Sequence record: PV593634.1
Direction: 5' to 3' (one strand)
Length of the DNA: 64,000 nucleotides
The position numbers were made by a program, and so were the translations under genes. The notes under the pieces are model-generated. The model was not told the DNA's origin. It did not search any database and saw only the letters and a list, made by a program, of their open reading frames with translations. Position 1 is the stretch's first letter. Each line of letters starts with the position of its first letter. This document shows, piece after piece, positions 46,788 through 57,600 of the stretch.

Positions 46788-47110
46788 AAGGTATCCACCG
46801 CGTACTAGGGTTCTTTAAAGAACATCCTCAATACTCTCCCACCAGAGTAGAGCTTGTTGACTTTAAAGTAAAGGAAGTTGATGAGTGTGGTGGGTTATAT
46901 TCGGAATGGCGTTATACGCTAATCATCCGGGTTAATGGGGTGAAGAAGAAATCCGTTTATCAGACCGATTTAAACTTCACTCAGGTTCACTTCAAACAGA
47001 TGTTTACCGACGCTATGGGGACGAGTGATACCTTGTTCCAAGCCATGAGTAAATATGACTTTGTAGTGTCAGACAAATTCAAAGCCTCTAAAGGCAACAA
47101 ATATTTATAA
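46784..47110 (+). CDS. hypothetical protein
   Basis: 108 aa, ATGA overlap. Confidence 0.6.
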   Translation: MKGIHRVLGFFKEHPQYSPTRVELVDFKVKEVDECGGLYSEWRYTLIIRVNGVKKKSVYQTDLNFTQVHFKQMFTDAMGTSDTLFQAMSKYDFVVSDKFKASKGNKYL

Positions 47111-47121
47111 GGATCAATATC

Positions 47122-48468
47122 ATGTCTACCATCAAATCTATGAAAATCGTTTCCCTGGAATTGGCTAAAGACACCATGATTCCGGCCATTACTATTCACA
47201 CTGATTCTAACCTGTGTGGTGTTGGTGCTACCTTTGAAAATGCTATCCGTGATATCATCATTGAAGAGTATGCGGAAGACTGGAAGATCATTAACCAGCT
47301 CAATGCAATGTCTTTAGTTGAACTGGCAAATAAGTATGGTATCTGCGTAACCAACGAAGTCTACACTCAGTGGAAAGATGTTCCTAATGTAGACAACGGT
47401 GAATTCAAAGCGCTGCCGATTATGGTAACATCACTTCCGATCGTTCTGACTAAGATCCGCAACCTTTCAGATGGGCCGATGATCAAAGTTAAAGGTGAGT
47501 TCTCCTACATGAACCAGCTACATCGTTTTCAGGCAAACAGCTCTGCTAACTTAATTTACCAAGTAGCTGTATCTGTGTACGGTGAAGATGCCGCAGCTCA
47601 GAAAACAGAAGGTGTGGGAAACATTGTCGATATGGTTAAAGCGTTCAACATCCAAATCGATCCTAAACTTAACATCACCGATCTGTACAACCAACAGTTC
47701 ACAGAAATGTTGAGCGAAATTATCAAGAACACTCCTAACATCAAACAAGGGGAAAAGAAATTGACTAAACTGGCACGTATTACACTGCAAGACATCGACC
47801 TCAACCCGAACAAGGATTGGGTGGTTACCCTGATTATTGAAAACGAACTGACCGCTCCGTTCAATATCAAGTACATCGTGACTTCTCGTAACAACACCGA
47901 TTCTCCGCATCGTTCTGATGCCATCGCCATTACCGGTTCTCAGATCATCAATTCCCTACCACTCACCATGGAGAAAGAAAATGAACTACGCCAATCAGGC
48001 GATGAGAAGTTCCGTGATCACTTTACCCTGGTAACAGCTACACATCTGAAAGGCAAAGCGTTCCCTAAGAACAATCACGGTGCTCAGATGTTGAATCTGT
48101 TAGCCTGGTTTGAAACAGTACCAGCTCCAGATGCGATTAGTGCTTTGGTTAAAGTAATGTTTGAATCAGACGCCTGGGATCCAGATATGCAAGGGATGAA
48201 GAACATCTCTGGTAAAGCTGAAGATGGTGAGGTAGCATTCCGTATCTGTCATGCGGTGGGTAACTTCTTTGTGGAGGGTACACTTGAAACTGTCAAGGTT
48301 CGTATCTTCAAGAACCATTCAAGTATCCAGACTTACTTCCATCCTCAGGAAGGAACCTGGGCTGACACCCCGGTCACTTACAACATTAACTACAAGGATG
48401 ATTTCGAGAATCACCTTCGTAGTGTTGTAAAGGCTGAAATCTTTAATCGTAACAACCAAGCTAAGTAA
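47122..48468 (+). CDS. hypothetical protein
   Basis: 448 aa, AAGGA RBS. Confidence 0.65.
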   Translation: MSTIKSMKIVSLELAKDTMIPAITIHTDSNLCGVGATFENAIRDIIIEEYAEDWKIINQLNAMSLVELANKYGICVTNEVYTQWKDVPNVDNGEFKALPIMVTSLPIVLTKIRNLSDGPMIKVKGEFSYMNQLHRFQANSSANLIYQVAVSVYGEDAAAQKTEGVGNIVDMVKAFNIQIDPKLNITDLYNQQFTEMLSEIIKNTPNIKQGEKKLTKLARITLQDIDLNPNKDWVVTLIIENELTAPFNIKYIVTSRNNTDSPHRSDAIAITGSQIINSLPLTMEKENELRQSGDEKFRDHFTLVTATHLKGKAFPKNNHGAQMLNLLAWFETVPAPDAISALVKVMFESDAWDPDMQGMKNISGKAEDGEVAFRICHAVGNFFVEGTLETVKVRIFKNHSSIQTYFHPQEGTWADTPVTYNINYKDDFENHLRSVVKAEIFNRNNQAK

Positions 48469-48495
48469 TAATCTAAACCCACAGAGGTAGTATAA

Positions 48496-48834
48496 ATGAA
48501 ACGCGTTATTCTTGTTGTAGCTCTGATTCTAATCGTCGTTGGTTTGTTAATGGATGGTAAAGAAGTACGAGCTGAGAATATCGAAGGAAGTCACTACATG
48601 GCAGGAACTGTTTCTATCGTGGAAGACTGTTATGTGAATACTAAACGTGAATCAACATGTTTGGGTGTAGTAGACGTGGATGACGTTCGTAAAGCTGCTA
48701 AGTTCCATGGGGACGTAACGATTGGACGAACTGTGTATAAGGAATGTACAACCATGTCGGGCAACACTGTTTGCAGTAAAGACTGGCATACCTCTGTAGG
48801 TGAGATTTACTTGAAAGGCGGATTACTCAAATAA
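48496..48834 (+). CDS. secreted/membrane-anchored hypothetical protein
   Basis: N-terminal hydrophobic helix and 4 Cys; GAGG RBS. Confidence 0.6.
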   Translation: MKRVILVVALILIVVGLLMDGKEVRAENIEGSHYMAGTVSIVEDCYVNTKRESTCLGVVDVDDVRKAAKFHGDVTIGRTVYKECTTMSGNTVCSKDWHTSVGEIYLKGGLLK

Positions 48835-48840
48835 CATAAA

Positions 48841-48868
48841 GCTACTCTACCCAAATGGGTAGAGTAGC
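48841..48868. terminator. bidirectional stem-loop between convergent units
   Basis: GCTACTCTACCC-AAAT-GGGTAGAGTAGC perfect 12-bp stem. Confidence 0.8.
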
Positions 48869-48893
48869 TAGTTTAATCACTTATTTATTTTTG

Positions 48894-49562
48894 TTACTGG
48901 AACTGAACATCAAAACGGTTGGTCGGAATTGAACCATCGTTAATATTGGTATTCAGTACCACATTGGTTTCCAGACTGAACGGGGTACCGCCATGTGTGC
49001 CAGCAACTGTAACAACTGCTGTTGCAGTAACCACAGCGTCAGTAGCAGACTGAATGGATTTGAATGTGTAGGTGGTGCCTTCACTGGTGAATTCAAACTT
49101 ACCAGCGATACTTTCAGGAGTAACGGTAACACCCGTAACAGAACTAGTGATATCTTCAGCGCCTTTCATTACTTTAAATGTCAGGTTTTGAGTAGCCCAC
49201 AGATTCATGGTCAAAGGTGTGCTGACATCGGAAAGCGTTGCTGCTTCAACAACATTAATAGTCAGACTAACCGTCTTGGTGGATTTACCCCAGTTTTCAG
49301 TATCTGCGTGTTCAGAACCTGCGTCAGCGTATTTGAATACAACTGTTGCATCTTGAACGCCCACAGCAACTGCAGTCATTACGAATGACACAGTACCCGC
49401 GCCAGCATCTGGCGTCCCGTCACCCAGCGTGATAAGACCTTTCAGGTCACTAGCCGCTTCATCAATGGTTACTTTACTTGGAACACCGACACCTTCAAAA
49501 GTAGGTTTGATGACCATAGCAGAGACTTGACCATTGTCAAGTGTATATGACTTATCGCTCAT
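48894..49562 (-). CDS. 222-aa two-domain beta-sandwich (Ig-like) protein, putative self-polymerising fibre subunit
   Basis: Thr/Val-rich; contains the family motif TPLTMNLWATQNLTFKVMKGAEDIT; ends IPTNRFDVQFQ. Confidence 0.65.
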   Translation of the reverse strand: MSDKSYTLDNGQVSAMVIKPTFEGVGVPSKVTIDEAASDLKGLITLGDGTPDAGAGTVSFVMTAVAVGVQDATVVFKYADAGSEHADTENWGKSTKTVSLTINVVEAATLSDVSTPLTMNLWATQNLTFKVMKGAEDITSSVTGVTVTPESIAGKFEFTSEGTTYTFKSIQSATDAVVTATAVVTVAGTHGGTPFSLETNVVLNTNINDGSIPTNRFDVQFQ

Positions 49563-49575
49563 TTTATATCCTTAA

Positions 49576-51099
49576 TTATAGGAACTCAACGTTGAACCGA
49601 TTGGTTGGAATCTCGCCGTTGTTTATTTCCGTTGATAAACTCACGGTCTGACTCATAACATGCTCAGTACCACCATCCATGAAGGTAAAGTTCAATTGAG
49701 CATTAGCTGCCAATTGCGTGGTGGTTGAAGAAGAGATTGCTTTAATCCCCCAACTACTACCAGAGAGTTTCACCAGTTCGTATTTTGACGATACTTCTGG
49801 AGAATCAGTCATTGTAATATTGGAGATTGGACCACTGATATCTACACCATTATTGGTGATGGTAAATACTAGAGGTTTGGTTTCCCATAACTTAAGCGTC
49901 AGTGGTGTTGTCTCCACAACATAATCGGCGGACTTAGGTGTCACAGTACATTGCTGTGCGTAAGAACCTGTTTTACCATTAGCGGAGAAACTCACACCAA
50001 CAGCATAATCGATATCGGCAGCCGTGGTGTTATCGCGCATCAACTGGAAGGTTACTGTGTCCGCAGTTTTCTCAGTAATTTTCAGATCGGCTTCATTCAT
50101 GCTCATGTTTACATCGGTAGCTGGTATAACGAGACCATCAAACTGGAATTCGATATCTTTAACATGGGTAGATAAAGATTCACCAACTACCTTACTTGGA
50201 ACCTTGCTAAGTACAATGCCAGGTTGATAAATGTAAGTAGGCAATCTGATAATAGCCATCTTGTCAATGGTATCGGTAGATTTACCAAATCGCAACTCAC
50301 TTTCCCCTATACCAACACCTGTTATACCGGAGAACTGTATAGCACGCTGGTTGGTGCCCTGTAGGTTGTTCCTCCATACGGTTGAGCGGTACAGGATACT
50401 ACTAGATAAAATATCAACATGCGTATTAGGGTTAGGTAGACCTTTATAATCGAGAGTAAAGATGTAAGGTACTGTGTTACCATCGTTATATGGAATGCGG
50501 AATTCATCGAACTCAACAGTTACTTTGGTTTCACGACCGTCATAAGGAGATACTCTCCATGACCCTCTAGCTGTTCTCACGGTTCCAGCCGGATCGATAT
50601 CTGTAGGTAGTTTGAATGTGTAATCGCATTCCACTATGCTATCAACAGTATTAACGGGTATTCCAGTCATATACCATTCATTTGCAGGACCACCTACAGA
50701 TGAATAAGGTTTAACCCACTGGTTGTCGACTATCGAAACTTCCAGTAATTGATCGGTTATGTCTTCCACACCGTGTTTAACAATGAATGGAAGCTGTGCA
50801 CTATGCCCCCACATCTTAGTATTAATCTGGTGAGTTTCGACAGTGAAGTCGATTTCGATGACAGTATGTTTAAATGTACAAGGGACTTTAACTTGATAAC
50901 GTCCCTGGTATGTAAATGTGAGGTTCAGGTTGTATAACGCCTCTTGTGTAACCCCGCCCTTAAATTCATAGGTGATCGAGTCATCCTGAATAGAAGCGAT
51001 CTGGACCCCAGCGTGGGGGTCCAATGTGATTACCATTTGAGGATCATTATTACTAATTACCTGACCAGCTATACGGACACTACTTTTTAGCGTGGTCAT
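49576..51099 (-). CDS. 507-aa Ig-like repeat protein (putative adaptor)
   Basis: N-terminus like 54599 (SNNDP.MVITL); C-terminus like the 222-aa gene (IPTNRFNVEFL). Confidence 0.65.
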   Translation of the reverse strand: MTTLKSSVRIAGQVISNNDPQMVITLDPHAGVQIASIQDDSITYEFKGGVTQEALYNLNLTFTYQGRYQVKVPCTFKHTVIEIDFTVETHQINTKMWGHSAQLPFIVKHGVEDITDQLLEVSIVDNQWVKPYSSVGGPANEWYMTGIPVNTVDSIVECDYTFKLPTDIDPAGTVRTARGSWRVSPYDGRETKVTVEFDEFRIPYNDGNTVPYIFTLDYKGLPNPNTHVDILSSSILYRSTVWRNNLQGTNQRAIQFSGITGVGIGESELRFGKSTDTIDKMAIIRLPTYIYQPGIVLSKVPSKVVGESLSTHVKDIEFQFDGLVIPATDVNMSMNEADLKITEKTADTVTFQLMRDNTTAADIDYAVGVSFSANGKTGSYAQQCTVTPKSADYVVETTPLTLKLWETKPLVFTITNNGVDISGPISNITMTDSPEVSSKYELVKLSGSSWGIKAISSSTTTQLAANAQLNFTFMDGGTEHVMSQTVSLSTEINNGEIPTNRFNVEFL

Positions 51100-51110
51100 T
51101 CATGATTCCT

Positions 51111-54100
51111 TTATTCTGGAAGTTTAACGTTTTGAACAACAGTAACAGTTTGCTTACTATTACCTTCGATGTCCTTAATGAATCCATCGCCAAGTTCGAG
51201 AGGATACATTCCTACAGTTAATTGAATGCTTGCTGGATATGCAAACTCGCCATCTTTAATAGTGAATGAGAACAATGCAGTGCCTGCAGCTTTAGCTGTA
51301 GCGTTGAAGGAGATCGTGCCGTCATTGTTGTTGACGAGATCTGCAACAGTAAACAGGTTATTCTCAACGGTCGGATTCAAGATCTGGGTATTTGTCAGGT
51401 TCTCAGATGGATCACCCCAACGGTTCTGATGGATCTGTAACGTAACCGGAGTTACGAGATTAGGCCCTAACAGAGTGTTGTCGTTGTTGGTTACAACGAT
51501 AGGTGTTTTGTTGACTTTTACAGAAATGCTACCATTACGGTACAAACCATCAACATCACTCAGGTGAAGCATCTTGATTGTAGCATAATCACCAGTCCAA
51601 CCAGTTTTAAGATCGAAACTGAAATCAGCCGTGGTTCCAACCTGAACAGCTTTAGCAGTGTCTTTGTTAAAGAAAGGATTACCGGTAACAGGGTTGTCAT
51701 AGTTGCGTTGCCAAATTAACTTACCCGTCATTGGGGAGTTATCAAGTCCATTCAAGAACTTGTCATTAATAACGCCTTCTGTGCTACCACCCCTGAATTG
51801 ACGTTCGCCAAAGTTGATGTTGGAGTTCATGTTGGCACCAGCTGTCTTGTTGATATCCAACCTGACATCGGCTTGGTCCAGTTCACCATAAGTATATGAA
51901 GGATCGGAAATCAACCGATACTTAATATAGAACCCTTTGAATCCATCGGTATCTTGCCGTATCTTAATGAAGAGTTTCCCTTCATCATCAACACCGACAA
52001 TCTCAGGTAGTTCTGCAACATCTCTTGTTGAAAGAGAGTAATCAATATCTGGATCTGTAGGATCCATCTCAATGCCGTCTTTCAAGAATACCAGTTTTTG
52101 TGGCGTACCATTTCTATTTCTCAGCATCGGGTTGATAGAGAAACGACGACCTTCAACTATACCGCTACCGTTATACACCATGAACTTTCTAGATGTAATA
52201 TAAACGCTAACTGTATCATCAGCAGTCAAACCAGCATTTGGCTTACCTTCTTTGATCCTGTAAGTCAATTTAACAGTTTGGTTCTCAAGCTCTGTTCCGG
52301 CAGGACTGGTCAGCATTACGTCACAATACCCACCTTGGGTAGTAACAGATTTAACCGTTATAGTTGGGTTATCAGAAACAACTTCGATAACGTCCCCACC
52401 TAAGTTAACTCCGCCCATCTGAGCAACTGCTCTAACCATAATGTCGGAATCAGACTTACCGTAAACAGTTTTGTACTGAGGTTGGACAATAACGCTGAGA
52501 CCTTCAATAGCGACAAGATCGATCTTCTTAGGATAATGAACGTCACCCTCAACAACAGAGAAGGTTACCGAACCCGGACCCTTAGATCCATTACCTGTAA
52601 CACCCAACGTGAATGTGCCGTTATTATTCACAACTGTAGCTGCTTTAACTGTGCCGCTAAACATGATGTTGCGAATATCGTTAGAGGTAGCGAAGGTATG
52701 ATCTTCCTGACCTAAACGTTCCTGAACTAAAGTAACGAATACATCAGTTTTAACACCATCAACAAAGTTAAAGGTATTATTCAGAACGTTAGCAGTGATA
52801 GGAGCTTGAGCGACCTGTTGGTTACCTGTTGCCTTATAAACAACACTTCCGCCAGGTAGACGAACATACTCAGTCATTTCAGCAAGAGCACCAGACCAAC
52901 CTGTCTTAGCGTTTCGACCAAAACCAATGTTGTTAGTTGTTGTCGGTTTATCCAGCAGTTCGATAATAGCATTACCGGTGGACGGATTGTTCACGTACTT
53001 GGTTAACAGAACCTTATCAACAGTAACGTCAGCATCACCGATCTGATACTTGTTGTTCATTGCTACTGTTTCTTGGTTCGGAGCCAAACTACCAGCTTGG
53101 GTATACTTGCAATCTGTTATAGCGCTACCTGCGGCTATGGTAACGATAGAAGTTACTAAGCCAGTACCCGGAACACCAGTAACCTTAACATCGTACTGAA
53201 TGATAGCAACGTTAGACCCACCGGAATAAATCAATTTACTAATGAACCCACCATCGTATTTATCTACGAACTGAGCATATGTAGACGACCCTGATTGAAC
53301 AGAGATAGTTACACGAGGATCGGTCACTGAGAACTCAGTACCATCGCCATCGGAGATAACAATGTCAGAAGAGAACAAGCTTCCCTTGGGTAATGTGTAA
53401 GAAATATTGTTCGGCGTCACGGTGACAATTTTAGCTGGAAGAACTACTAGACCTTGAACGTAGTTTGTGGTTCCTCCGTTATATTTCAGTGTGACGGTTG
53501 TACTATAACTCGCATTGGTCCCGGTATTGTTAGGCACGACGATTTGGTAATTTATTCCGTCGGGTTCTTGGGATTCAACGGTAAGCAATGCTGGGTTATC
53601 AATAGTAATTTCCAACAAATCGTTAGGTACTGGCTCACCGTCTAGCTCGACCACATACTTAACTTTAACGATAGCATTTTGCTTGCCGTTAATACTTGCC
53701 GGGTCGCGGCTAATCATAGCCAGACCTTTAACATATCCCTTCATCGGTAGAGTTAGTTCTAACTTATCTTTACCCAACACGGATGAAGCACCATTAGCTC
53801 TGAATACTAACTTACCAATAACCTCCACAGAAGAAGGCGCATTATAATTAACCCAGATCTCTTGTTCCGGTACTTTAAGATCTTGGCTAGCGTAAGTAAT
53901 AGGTGCTGTAACAGCTTCAGCTTGCACATAACGGACATATGGTGTCGCATCACGATAGTTACGATACTTGATCGAGAACTTAACTGGGCTTGGTGTTCCT
54001 ACAGGGATCTTAATAGAATCAGTTAAAAGAACAACTTTTAACTCTAAACCGTCATATTCAGCAATATTAAAAGTACCTTCGTAAGTACGAGTAACTTCTG

Positions 54101-54599
54101 GTAAGTCATCTGGTAAACGGAAAGTGTACATTACCTTTAACGTTGTAGCGTCAAATGCGGTATCTGATTCAATGGTCCAAGATTTAGCCCCAGTATCTCC
54201 GGCTTTCAGTACAGACTTGGGAACGAAAGACACATCCACCAATTGCGATGTGATATCTTCCTCTCCCTTCATTACTTTGAACGGTAATGCTTCACTACGT
54301 TCCCAACAGGTAGCCGCAATAGGTGTATCAACAATTTCCCAATCCTTCACTGTGCCCAAGTTAACGAGGGACAGTGGGATATCTAGAGAATAGAGTTCTT
54401 TATATACGAAAGACAGACTAAGATCGTAGAGGGTGTCCGTTGGGACACCCTCTTTAAACGAATATGTAATAAAGTCATTACCGATCGTGGTGATTTCGAC
54501 TTTCGCCGCATCAGCACCTTTCAAGGTAATGACCATATTTGGATCGTTATTACTTAGGGCCTGTCCATCGAGTAACATTGCTTGTTTTAATGTACTCAT
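51111..54599 (-). CDS. 1162-aa Ig-like repeat protein
   Basis: About 100-aa beta-rich repeats (W....LPF.V..G.EDIT; IAEYDG); ends ...VQNVKLPE. Confidence 0.7.
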   Translation of the reverse strand: MSTLKQAMLLDGQALSNNDPNMVITLKGADAAKVEITTIGNDFITYSFKEGVPTDTLYDLSLSFVYKELYSLDIPLSLVNLGTVKDWEIVDTPIAATCWERSEALPFKVMKGEEDITSQLVDVSFVPKSVLKAGDTGAKSWTIESDTAFDATTLKVMYTFRLPDDLPEVTRTYEGTFNIAEYDGLELKVVLLTDSIKIPVGTPSPVKFSIKYRNYRDATPYVRYVQAEAVTAPITYASQDLKVPEQEIWVNYNAPSSVEVIGKLVFRANGASSVLGKDKLELTLPMKGYVKGLAMISRDPASINGKQNAIVKVKYVVELDGEPVPNDLLEITIDNPALLTVESQEPDGINYQIVVPNNTGTNASYSTTVTLKYNGGTTNYVQGLVVLPAKIVTVTPNNISYTLPKGSLFSSDIVISDGDGTEFSVTDPRVTISVQSGSSTYAQFVDKYDGGFISKLIYSGGSNVAIIQYDVKVTGVPGTGLVTSIVTIAAGSAITDCKYTQAGSLAPNQETVAMNNKYQIGDADVTVDKVLLTKYVNNPSTGNAIIELLDKPTTTNNIGFGRNAKTGWSGALAEMTEYVRLPGGSVVYKATGNQQVAQAPITANVLNNTFNFVDGVKTDVFVTLVQERLGQEDHTFATSNDIRNIMFSGTVKAATVVNNNGTFTLGVTGNGSKGPGSVTFSVVEGDVHYPKKIDLVAIEGLSVIVQPQYKTVYGKSDSDIMVRAVAQMGGVNLGGDVIEVVSDNPTITVKSVTTQGGYCDVMLTSPAGTELENQTVKLTYRIKEGKPNAGLTADDTVSVYITSRKFMVYNGSGIVEGRRFSINPMLRNRNGTPQKLVFLKDGIEMDPTDPDIDYSLSTRDVAELPEIVGVDDEGKLFIKIRQDTDGFKGFYIKYRLISDPSYTYGELDQADVRLDINKTAGANMNSNINFGERQFRGGSTEGVINDKFLNGLDNSPMTGKLIWQRNYDNPVTGNPFFNKDTAKAVQVGTTADFSFDLKTGWTGDYATIKMLHLSDVDGLYRNGSISVKVNKTPIVVTNNDNTLLGPNLVTPVTLQIHQNRWGDPSENLTNTQILNPTVENNLFTVADLVNNNDGTISFNATAKAAGTALFSFTIKDGEFAYPASIQLTVGMYPLELGDGFIKDIEGNSKQTVTVVQNVKLPE

Positions 54600-54615
54600 G
54601 GATTTTACAGTTCCT

Positions 54616-57600
54616 TTATTCAGGGTTAAGTACAGATTGTGTTAATGTCACAGGATTATCAACGTCACCTTGTCCAGTGGATTGGAATCCTGGTGCTGGA
54701 GTAAGTCTCAGCTGAAGTGCGGTTTGTGTTACTGTTAAATCAGACCTACTAGTTAGCGTGGGGCGCCAGGGGTTAGTGAACCCAAGTCGAACAACAGTTT
54801 CTTTGCTGTTAACATCAATATCTTTAATAAATCTAACAGTGAAACTATCATCCGCAATAGATCCAGGAACTAGTTCAATAACATCGTTGGGGATCGGCTC
54901 TAACCAGGTTCCTTCACTAAGTTTCATATTGGTGCCATCATAGTTAGCTTTACCTTTAATGACAAAGGTATCGCCGTATTTTCCACTTATAGCTAATGGA
55001 GTCCATGGTGATACTTGGAACGGATAGTTGGGATTATAAGTAGTAAATTCAACAGGTACTTGCATTTCACCGGTAGGGTTCCCAGGATATCCCCCAACAG
55101 CTGTTATAACAAAATACTGAACACCGTCAATAACAAAAATTCCTGAATTGATGGTGTAGTCGATGCGTACCCGACCAGTATATTCGACACTACTCTTGTA
55201 AGTGACGTATTTACTCCCACCTTCACCATAACCCTTGTACCTTATTGGTGTCGTTATTTCTTCACCACGATAGAACGGCTTGATTTGAATCCAAGAACTC
55301 GACCCCCACGAACCAGCTCGTGTTCCAGTTATTGTGAAAGTTAACTCATTCCCGTCATACTCAGCGACGTTATAAGTAATATCGATAGTGTATCTTTTTC
55401 CCGACGCGTCATCTGGTAGACCATACTCCCATGTCACAACCAATGGTCCTGCTGGACGCGCTGTTTCCGAAACTATTTGATACGTTCCAGTTGGGTTCAG
55501 TTCCAATATGTTTTCGTTGGGTAAACGAGAAACATCAATCGGGGTGACGGTTCCTCCGCCAGTTTGATTGATGGTGAAAGGCACCCCAGTAAGTTTATCC
55601 CAAACTTTAACGTTCATTACTTTAGGAGTAACTTCGAGGTTCTTATTGACATTAATTGTCAAATCAGCAGGAGTAGTACGCCCACTCCAGTTAGCGATAA
55701 CCTTACATTCCACTGTTTCATCAGCATCAGTATTTTTGATTATTCTAACTGTGATGTCGTTAGCACCCTTACCTACAACCTGTCCATATCCAGCCGGTTC
55801 TACTGTATAGTTGATGTTTCCATCAGCCATATTGAGTTTGCTTCCATTCCACAACAGAGTTCCAGGGATCGTTTCCTGATAACCTGCAACACCAGTAATG
55901 GACGACTTAGAAAGAGTGAATGCCATACCGGATGAATCAACAGTCGCTTCAATAGCCAGGGTCACTTTGTAACTGAATCCATCAGTATCCGTAACTGTGA
56001 ATTCAGCAGTAACATCACCAGCCGCACCACCGCCAATAAAGTTGGCAGAGAACTCGCCGTTAACGTTCTTGATCTCGTTCACAGACTGGATAGGACCAGT
56101 GGTTACAGCAGTACCTGCGATAGTGGCATTCGCAAAGTTATACTGCACAATAGAATCATCAATGAATCGTTCCTGACTCAAAGTGAATTTCACTTCGGTA
56201 GAAGAACCTTTGAAACCTTCAAAGCTGGTTTTGTTCGGAGTGACCGTAATCAATGCAGGAGGAATAATCAGTTCAGAATCACGCAATACCCAGTTATCAG
56301 CAAGATCAGGGAATACCGCCACCATGTTTACAATAATTTTTCCACCCGTCCAGCCAGACTTAAACTTCAGTGCATCGCGATAGATATCACCAGGGGCACC
56401 TATAAGTTCGAGTTCGCCAAGTAAAGCATTACCCGTTGAAGGATCGTTTTTACCTGATAATGATAAAACAGTTGTGGGTTTGGAAATACTGTAACCTGAC
56501 CTTTGGAATTCAACAGGGATAATGTTCTCTGCATTACCCAAAGGTTCCTTCAAAGCTTTTAACGTTACTGGGATTAAGTTAGTCGTGCTGAATGTCGCTT
56601 TTACATCGACGTACCCAGAACCTTCAGGAGGTTTGACGCCATCATTGTAGGTCACATATATCCGGTTGATAAATGTACCAGCCGTTCCAGGATCTCTATT
56701 GAAAGCAAACCACATATAGCGATCTTCGATACCCACGATATCAATAATAACTGGACTGGCTCCAGCATTACTCATTTCGTAAGACAACCGCGGATCATTA
56801 GGTTTTAGTAGTTTTCCACTATAATAGATCTTAGCATCCCAGCTATATGGTCTTGCATAAGGTTGAGTACTTGGTACTAACGTAATTGGTAATACGTACA
56901 AGCCCTTGGTGACGTAGATCCCGGTGAAGTTACCAGCCCATTTGTTTAGTCCAACAGTTGTTCCTGGAGTATCATCAATCGTGAGGGTTAACACACATGC
57001 GTTAGAGGCAGCACCTGATGTATCAGGTACGGTATACTCTATGATAACACCTAAATCGTCATCAGTAGGTCCGATGATGCGGATAGGGGCGGTGAACCAA
57101 GTACCTACTTGTACAATCCCACTAAACCCTGACTTCAGTGTTTTACCTTTATACTCGGGCCAAACGGTGAATCGGTTAGTGTTATTTCTGGAAATAGGGA
57201 TTTCCGTGATTACACCAACACCTCGACCATAGTCGGCCGAAACTTTAAACGTGATTCCATCCCAAGCAGGAATGCGATATTGACCATAACCCACATGAGT
57301 TTCCCAAACCCCATCAACTAGAACTTCATAAGTAAAGACACCACGAGTACCGGTAGCGACTTTACCTGGGTTATCAGCAACCGACCATTTATTAGGATTG
57401 TTAGGATCCGTTTTAAGATAGACGTTATTGGGTACAAGCTGAACATTTCTTATCTGGCCTGTTACGTCCTGATCATTAACAAGAACTTGGAACGGAGGTA
57501 CTGTGAATTCCTGGAACATAACCGTTTGAACGTCGCCAGGTATCATCTTCAGAACAGGTGCAGTGTCAGCAACTAGATTGATAACAAAAGTCTGTTTCCC

